From Paracoccaceae bacterium (lineage in GTDB: Bacteria; Pseudomonadota; Alphaproteobacteria; Rhodobacterales; Rhodobacteraceae), in NCBI GenBank assembly GCA_964291375.2, contig OZ219810.1, positions 54,021 to 118,020 of the forward strand: 64,000 bases of DNA, written 5' to 3'. Made by a program: the position numbers and the translations under genes. Each line of letters begins with the position of its first letter. The stretch's first letter is position 1. Positions 1 through 8,104 of this stretch are shown one piece after another. The notes beneath the pieces are model-generated. The model had not been told where the DNA came from. It saw only the letters and a program-made list of their open reading frames with translations, and did not search any database.

Positions 1-1028
1 AGCGCGTCGTTGTCGTCGCCATCCCGGATCGCATCGTCCGCATCCAGAATCACGACGTTCTGCCCGATCCAGATGCCGTTGTTGTCTTCGTCATCCGCCT
101 GCACGGTGTAGCGGAACACAAGCCTATCCGTGCCCGACCCCGAGGCATAGGCCGCATCGCGGGGCGTGGCCGCCCCGGAATTGCCAAGCGAGAACTCAAA
201 ATGCGGATCGCCCGTCACCGTCACCGGCTCATCAAACCTCACGGTGATCTCGATCACCCCGCCCCCGCCGTAAGTGTCCGCTGCCGCTGTTGGCGTCGAG
301 GTCACCGAAACGCCGGTGATGTCAGGGACATCGGTAATCAGGAAGACCTGGGACAGGGCATAGAACGGTTTGTTTGCGAAAGTGCCAAGACTGAAACCAC
401 TTTTGAATGGCGCATTATCGCTCGAGAATCTGGCATGGCTCGCGCCGAGCTGTTCACCTGCGTCAGTGTTGCCGTTATTCAGGCAACCGGTGTAGACTGC
501 CACAGCAGGAACGACATCATCTGCGTCTTCGGTTTTCCGGTTGAAGCTGTCCCAGCTTCCGTCATAGAGGTCGGCGTATGTGTCGGCTACCTTTTCGCCG
601 TCCAGCCAGTAGACGAAGGCGTCGGTGTCGCCCGAAGTTGTCTCGGTGTTGGTGCGCGCGTTGACAGAGGTGGTGCAGCCGAGCACACGGAAACCGTCAC
701 TGTAGCTGCGAATTATGCTGTCGTCTGCCAGGGTGGCGGCGTTCTGAACGTGGGCGTTGTAATCGTCAATGTCGGTCGACTCTGCGTTGCGTTGTGTCGA
801 GGTGATGAAGAGCAGGCGGAAACGGTCGCCCACGGAAAGGTCAGAGGGGACGAGGCTCCAGTTTGCGGAAACACCCTTCTCATCGATTCCCTGCGCCCAT
901 GCCCCGCCACCGATGCCCGGCAAGGTGGCCAGAAGCGCCGCCGCAAAGAGAACCCGCGCCGCGCTCAGAAAAGCGGACAGCCAAGGCAATACCTTGTTTT
1001 CACACACAACACCAGCGTCACTCGCCAT
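1..1028 (-). CDS. secreted repeat-domain protein, N-terminal 342 codons (3' end lies beyond the left edge)
   Basis: Hand translation of the minus strand is stop-free from ATG 1028-1026 to nt 1. It is absent from the ORF track because no stop lies in the window. MASDAGVVCENKVLPWLSAFLSAARVLFAAALLATLPGIGGGAWA-QG looks like a Sec signal. VSVTSTPTAAADTYGGGGVIEITVRFDEPVTVTGDPHFEFSLG...DRLVFRYTVQADDEDNNGIW is the same Ig-like domain type as ITSSPASGTTTYGTGENIEVTVMFSEPVRVTG in the giant gene. Confidence 0.6.
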   Translation of the reverse strand, partial: MASDAGVVCENKVLPWLSAFLSAARVLFAAALLATLPGIGGGAWAQGIDEKGVSANWSLVPSDLSVGDRFRLLFITSTQRNAESTDIDDYNAHVQNAATLADDSIIRSYSDGFRVLGCTTSVNARTNTETTSGDTDAFVYWLDGEKVADTYADLYDGSWDSFNRKTEDADDVVPAVAVYTGCLNNGNTDAGEQLGASHARFSSDNAPFKSGFSLGTFANKPFYALSQVFLITDVPDITGVSVTSTPTAAADTYGGGGVIEITVRFDEPVTVTGDPHFEFSLGNSGAATPRDAAYASGSGTDRLVFRYTVQADDEDNNGIWIGQNVVILDADDAIRDGDDNDA

Positions 1029-1255
1029 GAAACACCTACCAGGATACCAGTTACCGATGGCCTCAGCCGCACATTTGCCGACAAGCGCCAAAGTCGCCGT
1101 TCAGCGAAACCTCAACATCAGAGCAACCTGCCCCGACTTTCACATTCTGATCCGAATGGCACCGGACGGGGCATTTTTCCAGCCTTCCGTTCCGGTTTCA
1201 GGAATGGAAGGGCAGAGCGCCGGGCACCCCTCAATGAGGTGGGACGGCGCGCGCC

Positions 1256-3190
1256 CTAACCCGTCCCCTCCTGCGCCGCCGTCAGCCCGGCCAGATCCCC
1301 GGCCCGAACCTCCTGATAATGGCCGAATGTTGAAACAAACCAGGCGGTTCCGCGCGTCGCACCGGCCAATGCGCCAAACAAACCATCCTCTGCCGCCATC
1401 GGCAGAAGCGCGTTGAACACATCCCATCCGGCGGCAGATGGGTCGCCCTCGAACCCCAGCACCTGCCCCTTCATCCCGCTGACCAGCGGTGCCAGCCCCC
1501 CCGAATAGACCGACGGCACATGAATCCGCACATTCATTATCGGCTGCAACACGCGGGTTCCCGCCTCGGCCAAAGCCTCGCGCACCGCGTTCTTGCCCGC
1601 CGTGCGAAAGGCATGATCCGAACTGTCCACACTGTGGTGCTTGCCGTCCTTCAGCAGGACGCTGACATCAACCACCGGAAAGCCGCCCGGCCCGGATGAC
1701 AGCGCGTCCCGCGCCCCGGCCTCGACGGCAGGGATATAGTTGCGCGGCACCACACCGCCCTTGATCACCTCGTCAAAGCTGAACCCCGCCCCGCGCGGCT
1801 CCGGCTTTACCTCGATCACCACATCGGCGAACTGCCCCGCACCGCCGGACTGTTTCCGGTGGCGGTGATGCTTTTCGATCTTGCGCGCAATCGTCTCTCG
1901 CAGGGCGGGCGGCACCACCGCCTCATCCACCCCGACCCCGAACCCGTCCGACAGCTTCGCCGCCAGCCGCCGCATGTGCTGCGGCCCCTGGGTGGACAGC
2001 ACCGCATGGCCGGTCTCTTCATGCTGGCCGACGCTCAGCCCCGGCTCAATATCCGCCAGTCGCGCCAAAGCGTTCGACAGCCGGGTTTCATCCCGATCAT
2101 TCCGGGGGGTGACGATGCGCCGATAGGCGGCGGCGCGCGGCACCGTCCAGTCGGGCAGGGCAACAGGGGCATCCCGCCCGCAGGCCATACCGGGGTTCAG
2201 ATGATCGCTCTTGACCGTCAGCCCGATCTCCCCCGGTTCCAGCGCACCGGCCGGGGTCTTGGCGTCAATGTCGGTAATGCTGCCGATGGCGCGCCCGGCA
2301 AGCACCTCGCCATTCCCGACCCCGGCGGTGAACGCCCGCACCAGCACCGTTTTGCCCAGATGTTTGGTCATGTCGGCCAGACACCCCACCGCCATCACAT
2401 CGCCCAGAGACGCCAGCCGCGCCGCTGCCGCCTCCACCCCCGGCGCTTCGTGGCGCAATGACTTCATCAGCCGCATCAGACCGTTGCCGTGCAGGGCCGA
2501 GCCCAGCAACGCCGGAACCAGCGCATGATCCTGCACCACCTTCGTCGCCACATCATAGACCTCTCCGGTCGCCGGGCGCTTGTCCTCGATCAGTTGCTCC
2601 AGCAGCGTGTCGTCGAAATCGGCCAGCGATTCCAGCAGTTCGGTTCGCGCCTCCTGTTCCCGCGCCTCCGCTTCCCCCGGCAGCTCAATCAGCGCCGAGG
2701 GCTTGCCTTCCTGATATTCCCATGCCCGCTCGGAAATCAGATCAACCGCGCCGATGATTCGCTCCCCGTCCCGCAGCGGTATCTGGCGCAGCACGATCCC
2801 CCGGCGGCTATAGGTCTGAAGCTCTGAGACGATCTCGCTGATCCGCCCGGCGGCGGTATCCACCCGGTTGATGAACAGGAAACAGGGAATTTCGGCCTCT
2901 TCGATCATCCGCAGATAGGGCGCGGCCAGCACAGCGGCATCCGTATCGGCAGGCACGCACAGCACCGCGGCATCACTTGCCGCCAGCGCCGGGCCTGCAT
3001 TCACAAGGTTGTCCGGCCCCCCGGCGAAATCCAGCGCCGCCCAGTCCTCTTCCATGAACCGGAACCGCACCACATCCGCCACCCCCGCAAGGCTCATCGT
3101 CCTGCCGGGGGGGGCATCAAGGCCGGCCAGCCCCGAGACCAGCGTGCTCTTGCCCGATTGCGATGGTCCGATGACGGTGAAAACTCTCAT
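1256..3190 (-). CDS. elongation factor G family GTPase (EF-G paralog)
   Basis: ORF 1256..3262. MRVFTVIGPSQSGKST is the P-loop, DFAGGPD is G3 and NRVD is G4, followed by an EF-G-like C-terminal half. ATG at 3190 has GGAGGA 6 nt upstream, so the longer track ORF is trimmed. Confidence 0.85.
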   Translation of the reverse strand: MRVFTVIGPSQSGKSTLVSGLAGLDAPPGRTMSLAGVADVVRFRFMEEDWAALDFAGGPDNLVNAGPALAASDAAVLCVPADTDAAVLAAPYLRMIEEAEIPCFLFINRVDTAAGRISEIVSELQTYSRRGIVLRQIPLRDGERIIGAVDLISERAWEYQEGKPSALIELPGEAEAREQEARTELLESLADFDDTLLEQLIEDKRPATGEVYDVATKVVQDHALVPALLGSALHGNGLMRLMKSLRHEAPGVEAAAARLASLGDVMAVGCLADMTKHLGKTVLVRAFTAGVGNGEVLAGRAIGSITDIDAKTPAGALEPGEIGLTVKSDHLNPGMACGRDAPVALPDWTVPRAAAYRRIVTPRNDRDETRLSNALARLADIEPGLSVGQHEETGHAVLSTQGPQHMRRLAAKLSDGFGVGVDEAVVPPALRETIARKIEKHHRHRKQSGGAGQFADVVIEVKPEPRGAGFSFDEVIKGGVVPRNYIPAVEAGARDALSSGPGGFPVVDVSVLLKDGKHHSVDSSDHAFRTAGKNAVREALAEAGTRVLQPIMNVRIHVPSVYSGGLAPLVSGMKGQVLGFEGDPSAAGWDVFNALLPMAAEDGLFGALAGATRGTAWFVSTFGHYQEVRAGDLAGLTAAQEGTG

Positions 3191-3418
3191 GTCATATCCT
3201 CCCTGTCTTGCCTGCCTTTGCAGGATCAGACGGGAACGCCCCCCGTGCGCGCCACCGCCCATGTATGGGCTGATTGTCCCCGAACAGGTGGCCTTTCGTC
3301 AAGCCGCCTCTGAGCGCGTTGACGCCGGAACCTGAAACCGATTCCGCATTGTCAGCTTATGGTTGTTGGTGCGTAAGCGCCGGAATACCGGCCAGCGCAC
3401 CGCCTATCGCGGTTTGGC

Positions 3419-3979
3419 TCAGCCGCCACACCGCTTTTCCGCGTCTTCCAGCGCCGCCGTAAACCCGAAAAGCGAGAACGTGTCTTTTGTCACCGTCCCC
3501 CGTGCCGAGCGGCCCGTAACCACCGCAGTGGTCCCCCGCTTCATCGCCGCCAGCAGCCGGGCATCATCGGACGGTTCCGGCCATGTGTATTCGTTCTCCG
3601 GCCAGGGCGTCGCGGCATCGTCCTCGGCCAGCGTGAAAAGCTCAAAGCTGTCCTCGCCGATCACCACCGATACGGTTGAGTCGTCGGCATAGGGATACCC
3701 GCCGGTCAGCGAGATCACCGGCCCTGGCCCGCGATCCGGCTGATAATTGGCGAACAGCATAATCTCGCCCCGCTTCACCGAAACCACGCGCCCGTCTTTG
3801 GTGTTCACGGTTTCCTTGGGGGCAGAGACGATCCAGCACTGGGGCGGGTCGGTTTCCACGAAAACGCTCCAGTCGGTATGGGTTTCCACCCGCTTTTCCG
3901 ACATTTCCTGCGCGCCTGCGGAAACCATCGTCAGGGCCAGCGTTCCGGCCATTGCGCCACGGAAAAGAAATCTTGCCAT
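3419..3979 (-). CDS. invasion-associated locus B (IalB) family periplasmic protein
   Basis: 186 aa with signal peptide MARFLFRGAMAGTLALTMVSAGAQE. The HTDWSVFVETDPPQCWIVSAP motif and the size are typical of the IalB family. Assigned from memory. Confidence 0.6.
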   Translation of the reverse strand: MARFLFRGAMAGTLALTMVSAGAQEMSEKRVETHTDWSVFVETDPPQCWIVSAPKETVNTKDGRVVSVKRGEIMLFANYQPDRGPGPVISLTGGYPYADDSTVSVVIGEDSFELFTLAEDDAATPWPENEYTWPEPSDDARLLAAMKRGTTAVVTGRSARGTVTKDTFSLFGFTAALEDAEKRCGG

Positions 3980-4122
3980 TTTTTTCAGGGCCTCCTGTTC
4001 TCCGTTCTTCCGGGGGGCGGTTTTTTGGCCTTTCCCGCGCCCTGGGGTGGAGTTTCAACTCGATACCGGCAGGATAGCGCATTATGGCGGGTATGTGAAC
4101 GCCCCCCGTGCGACAAACCCGC

Positions 4123-5004
4123 TCAGACAGAGGCGGCAAACTCATCCCGCCGATAGCCCTGAATATACAACAGCGCCGTCAGGTCACCGTGGTTGATCCG
4201 CAGGTCGCACTCAGCCGCCACCGCCGGTTTAGCGTGAAACGCCACCCCTGCCCCCGCCAGCCCCAGCATACCGAGATCATTGGCACCGTCCCCCACCGCC
4301 ATCACATCGTCGGTGGTCAGGCCCTTGCGCGCCAGGATTGCCCTTAACACCGCACCCTTGGCGTCCCGCCCCAGGATCGGTTCGGCAACAGTCCCGGTCA
4401 GCCTGCCCGCCCGGATGTTCAGAACATTGGCGTGGTGCTCGTCAAATCCCAGGGCCGCCGCCACATGCCCGGAAAACACGGTAAACCCGCCCGAGACCAG
4501 CGCAGAATAGCCACCGTTCGCTTTCATCGTCGCCACCAGTTGTCGCGCGCCGGGCCGCAGGCTGATGCGGTTGGCGCAAACCCGCGCTATTGCCCCCGCA
4601 TCCAGCCCCGCCAACAGCCCGACACGTTCGCGCAGCGCCGCGCCGAAATCCAGCTCTCCGTTCATTGCTCTGGCGGTGATGGCGGCGACCTTTTCGCCCA
4701 CCCCGGCCTCTGCCGCCAGTTCATCAAGGGATTCCTGCCCGATCATGGTCGAATCCATGTCCGCGATCAGCACCCGGCGGCGGCACCCTGCCGCCCGCTG
4801 AACGATAAGATCAACCCCGCGCGCCTGAAGATCAGCCCACACCTGCCAGCGATCCGGCGGAATCCGGGGCATCGGAAACTCCGCCGCTACACCAGAGGCC
4901 AGCCACCGCACCGGCCCGCCATCCCAGGCAGCGCGCACCGCCTCGACCGGGGCAGAGCCAAAACCGGCGCTTTCCGGCCCGCTCAGCAATGTAGTTACGA
5001 ACAT
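4123..5004 (-). CDS. serB: phosphoserine phosphatase
   Basis: HAD motifs IADMDSTMI (DxDxT) and AVGDGANDLGML, with the overall SerB layout. The conserved N-terminus starts at MFVTTLL (ATG 5004), not at the track start 5070. Confidence 0.85.
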   Translation of the reverse strand: MFVTTLLSGPESAGFGSAPVEAVRAAWDGGPVRWLASGVAAEFPMPRIPPDRWQVWADLQARGVDLIVQRAAGCRRRVLIADMDSTMIGQESLDELAAEAGVGEKVAAITARAMNGELDFGAALRERVGLLAGLDAGAIARVCANRISLRPGARQLVATMKANGGYSALVSGGFTVFSGHVAAALGFDEHHANVLNIRAGRLTGTVAEPILGRDAKGAVLRAILARKGLTTDDVMAVGDGANDLGMLGLAGAGVAFHAKPAVAAECDLRINHGDLTALLYIQGYRRDEFAASV

Positions 5005-5167
5005 GACGGGTTTCCGATGATGAACGCGAAGGCCGCTTTCCTGCCCCCGCACAGGGCAATCACGGGGCAATACCGGTTTTTTGCACCTTGCGCCAGCAGG
5101 GTTTGCCCCCTAATTCCGCAGGTGGGACACCCCTCCCCAACGAGGGGCGCATATCTGGAAGGATACC

Positions 5168-6313
5168 ATGAGCATCATTGCAAAACCGGCGACGCGGCCG
5201 GTAAACCCGCGTTTTTCATCCGGCCCCTGCGCCAAACCCCCCACATGGACCACCGAGGCCCTTGCCGGTGCGCCGCTTGGCCGGTCGCACCGTTCCGGCG
5301 TCGGCAGGGGCAGGCTCGAGGCCGCCATCGACGCCACGCGCGAGGTGTTGGGGGTGCCCGGCGATTACCGCATCGGCATCGTTCCCGCCTCTGACACCGG
5401 CGCGGTCGAGATGGCGCTGTGGTCGCTGCTCGGTGCGCGCCCTGTTGAGATGCTGGCCTGGGAGAGTTTCGGCAAAGGATGGGTGACCGATGTCACCGGC
5501 CAACTGAAGCTCGATGCAACGGTGCATGAGGCCCCCTATGGCCGGTTGCCCGACCTTGCAGCGGTGAATTTCGACAATGATGTGGTGTTCACCTGGAACG
5601 GCACCACCTCGGGTGTGCGGGTTCCGGGGGGTGACTTTATCCCCGATACCCGTGCCGGGCTGACCATCTGCGATGCCACCTCAGCGGCGTTCGCCGTGGA
5701 CCTGCCATGGGACAAGCTGGATGTGACGACCTTCAGTTGGCAGAAGGTTCTGGGCGGAGAGGCCGCGCACGGGGTTCTGATCCTCGGCCCCCGCGCTGCC
5801 CGCAGGCTGGAAACCTATACCCCGCCCTGGCCCCTGCCAAAGATTTTCCGTCTGACCGGCAAGGACGGGCTGATCGAGGACATTTTCAGGGGCGGGACCA
5901 TCAACACGCCGTCGATGCTGGCGGTAGAGGACTACCTGTTTGCGCTCGACTGGGCGCAGTCTGTCGGCGGGTTGCCCGGCCTGATCGCCCGCGCCGACGC
6001 CAATGCGGCGGTGATTGCCGATTTTGTGCGCGGGCGCGACTGGATCGACTTTCTGGCCGAGGTGCCTGATACCCGGTCCAACACCTCGGTCTGTCTGAAG
6101 TTCACCGATCCCCGGATTGCCGGTGATGCCGCCTTTGCCAGAGCAGTGGCCCGGCGGCTGGAGCAGGAAGGCGTGGCCCATGACATCGGCGCGTATCGCG
6201 ATGCGCCTGCGGGCTTGCGCATCTGGTGCGGCGCGACGATTGAGGTCAGCGATCTGGCCGCCCTGACCCCATGGATCGAATGGGCGTTCAGGGCAGAGAT
6301 TGCCGCGCTGTAA
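5168..6313 (+). CDS. serC: phosphoserine aminotransferase
   Basis: 381 aa. [11 protein letters not shown]...GRSHRS...[19 protein letters not shown] is typical of the alphaproteobacterial SerC class. It lies adjacent to serA. Confidence 0.9.
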   Translation: MSIIAKPATRPVNPRFSSGPCAKPPTWTTEALAGAPLGRSHRSGVGRGRLEAAIDATREVLGVPGDYRIGIVPASDTGAVEMALWSLLGARPVEMLAWESFGKGWVTDVTGQLKLDATVHEAPYGRLPDLAAVNFDNDVVFTWNGTTSGVRVPGGDFIPDTRAGLTICDATSAAFAVDLPWDKLDVTTFSWQKVLGGEAAHGVLILGPRAARRLETYTPPWPLPKIFRLTGKDGLIEDIFRGGTINTPSMLAVEDYLFALDWAQSVGGLPGLIARADANAAVIADFVRGRDWIDFLAEVPDTRSNTSVCLKFTDPRIAGDAAFARAVARRLEQEGVAHDIGAYRDAPAGLRIWCGATIEVSDLAALTPWIEWAFRAEIAAL

Positions 6314-6411
6314 CAAGCCGTCTGACCCGCGGTGAAAACCACCCCGGCGGGCAGACGATGGTGCCCGCTTTTTCCCCACAGAACGCCTCTGGCAGGAAAG
6401 GAATGCCCGAA

Positions 6412-8007
6412 ATGACCCCCAAAGTGCTCGTATCCGATAAGCTCTCTGAAACCGCCGTTCAGATTTTCCGCGACCGGGGCGTAAAGGTCGATTTCGACCC
6501 CGACATCGGCAGGGACAAGGACCGCCTGCGCGCCGCAATCGGCGGCTATGACGGCCTTGCCATCCGCTCTGCCACGCGGGTGAGCGCGAAACTGCTGGCG
6601 GCGGCGAGCAATCTGAAGGTGATCGGTCGCGCCGGGGTCGGTGTCGATAACGTGGACGTTCCGGCGGCATCCAAAAGGGGCGTGATCGTGATGAACACGC
6701 CGTTCGGCAACGCCACCACCACCGCCGAACATGCGATTTCGATGATGATGGCGGTGGCGCGGCGGATACCCGAGGCAAACGCCTCCACCCATGCCGGACG
6801 GTGGGAAAAATCCCGCTTTGTGGGGGTGGAGCTGACCAGCAAGACCCTTGGCCTCATTGGCTGCGGCAATATCGGCTCTGTCGTTGCCGACCGTGCCCTT
6901 GGCCTGCGGATGAAGGTGATCGCCTATGATCCGTTCCTGAGCGAGCAGCGCGCCGCAGAGCTGGGGGTGCGGAAGGTGACGCTGGAAGAGCTTCTGCCCT
7001 CTGCTGACTTCATCAGCCTTCATGCGCCACTGACGGACAAGACGCGCAATATCCTGTCGGCGGACGCGATTGCAGCGATGAAACCGGGGGTGCGGATCGT
7101 CAACTGCGCGCGGGGCGGGCTGGTGGATGAGGCGGCACTGGCCGGGGCGCTGAAATCCGGCCATGTGGCCGGGGCGGCGTTCGATGTGTTCTCGCAGGAA
7201 CCCGCCACAGAAAACCCGCTTTTCAACCTGCCGGGGGTAGTGCTGACCCCGCATCTGGGCGCGGCCACCACAGAGGCGCAGGAAAACGTGGCCGTCCAGA
7301 TTGCCGAGCAAATGTCGGATTATCTGTTGACCGGCGCGGTGCGGAATGCGCTCAATATGCCCTCGGTTACGGCAGAGGAAGCGGCGGTCATGGGGCCGTG
7401 GCTGGCGCTGGCCCGGCATCTGGGGTCGTTCGTCGGGCAGATGACCGAAGAGCCGATCCGGGCGATCAATATCCTGTTTGACGGCAAAGTGGCCGACATG
7501 AACCTTGAGGCGCTGGAATGCAGCGCGATTGCCGGGGCCATGAAGGCCGCCAGCCCGGAAACCAACATGGTCTCGGCCCCCCTTGTTGCGCGTGAGCGGG
7601 GGATTGTGACCTCGCGCACCACCCAGGCCAAGACCGGGGTTTTCGATGCCTATATCAAGCTGTCGGTGGTCACGGCGTCGATGGAGCGGTCCATCGCCGG
7701 GACGGTGTTTTCCGACGGCAAGCCGCGCTTTATCCAGATCAAGGGCATCAATATCGACGCCGAGATCGGCAGGCATATGCTCTATACCACCAACACCGAT
7801 ATTCCGGGGATCATCGGCGCGTTGGGGACGACCCTGGGCGGGAACGGCGTCAACATCGCCAACTTCACCCTGGGGCGGAAAGCGGTGGGAGGCGAGGCGA
7901 TTGCGCTTTTGTATCTTGATCAGCCGGTTGAGCGGGGGGTCTTGCGCGCCTTGTCGGACACCGGGCTGTTCCGGAGCGTCAGGCCGCTTGAGTTTGATGC
8001 GGTGTAA
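6412..8007 (+). CDS. serA: D-3-phosphoglycerate dehydrogenase
   Basis: MTPKVLVSDKLS start, with an alternative ATG at 6403. NAD site GLIGCGNIGS and a C-terminal ACT-like domain. 531 aa from nt 6412. Confidence 0.9.
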   Translation: MTPKVLVSDKLSETAVQIFRDRGVKVDFDPDIGRDKDRLRAAIGGYDGLAIRSATRVSAKLLAAASNLKVIGRAGVGVDNVDVPAASKRGVIVMNTPFGNATTTAEHAISMMMAVARRIPEANASTHAGRWEKSRFVGVELTSKTLGLIGCGNIGSVVADRALGLRMKVIAYDPFLSEQRAAELGVRKVTLEELLPSADFISLHAPLTDKTRNILSADAIAAMKPGVRIVNCARGGLVDEAALAGALKSGHVAGAAFDVFSQEPATENPLFNLPGVVLTPHLGAATTEAQENVAVQIAEQMSDYLLTGAVRNALNMPSVTAEEAAVMGPWLALARHLGSFVGQMTEEPIRAINILFDGKVADMNLEALECSAIAGAMKAASPETNMVSAPLVARERGIVTSRTTQAKTGVFDAYIKLSVVTASMERSIAGTVFSDGKPRFIQIKGINIDAEIGRHMLYTTNTDIPGIIGALGTTLGGNGVNIANFTLGRKAVGGEAIALLYLDQPVERGVLRALSDTGLFRSVRPLEFDAV

Positions 8008-8020
8008 GCGGGTGGGATGT

Positions 8021-8056
8021 GGGGCAGGCTGGTGCGGAAGGGCCGCACCCTGCCCG
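8021..8056. terminator. GC-rich hairpin between convergent serA and the giant gene
   Basis: GGTGCGG (8031-8037) pairs with CCGCACC (8043-8049), extended by GGGCAGG / CCTGCCC. There is no T-tract. Confidence 0.3.
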
Positions 8057-8104
8057 GCTCAGTCAATATGCAGAGGTCTTCGCAGACCATGATCGGTCCC
8101 GGCC

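Noticed and set aside
201-1259. Track ORF of 352 aa on the plus strand, with overlapping ORFs at 769..1416 and 1140..1427.
   Set aside because: It is antisense to a stop-free minus-strand ORF that has a signal peptide and a recognisable domain. The plus-strand product is low-complexity and Arg/Pro-rich.
5681-7776. Long minus-strand ORFs (5681..6778, 5932..7776) opposite serC and serA. Similar antisense ORFs lie opposite fdsA, fdsB and the hut genes (40487..41797, 41921..43621, 44040..45170, 46337..46942, 47099..47950, 49104..49964, 50978..51772, 52453..53238).
   Set aside because: These are the typical long spurious antisense frames of high-GC DNA. The opposite strand carries unambiguous enzyme motifs.
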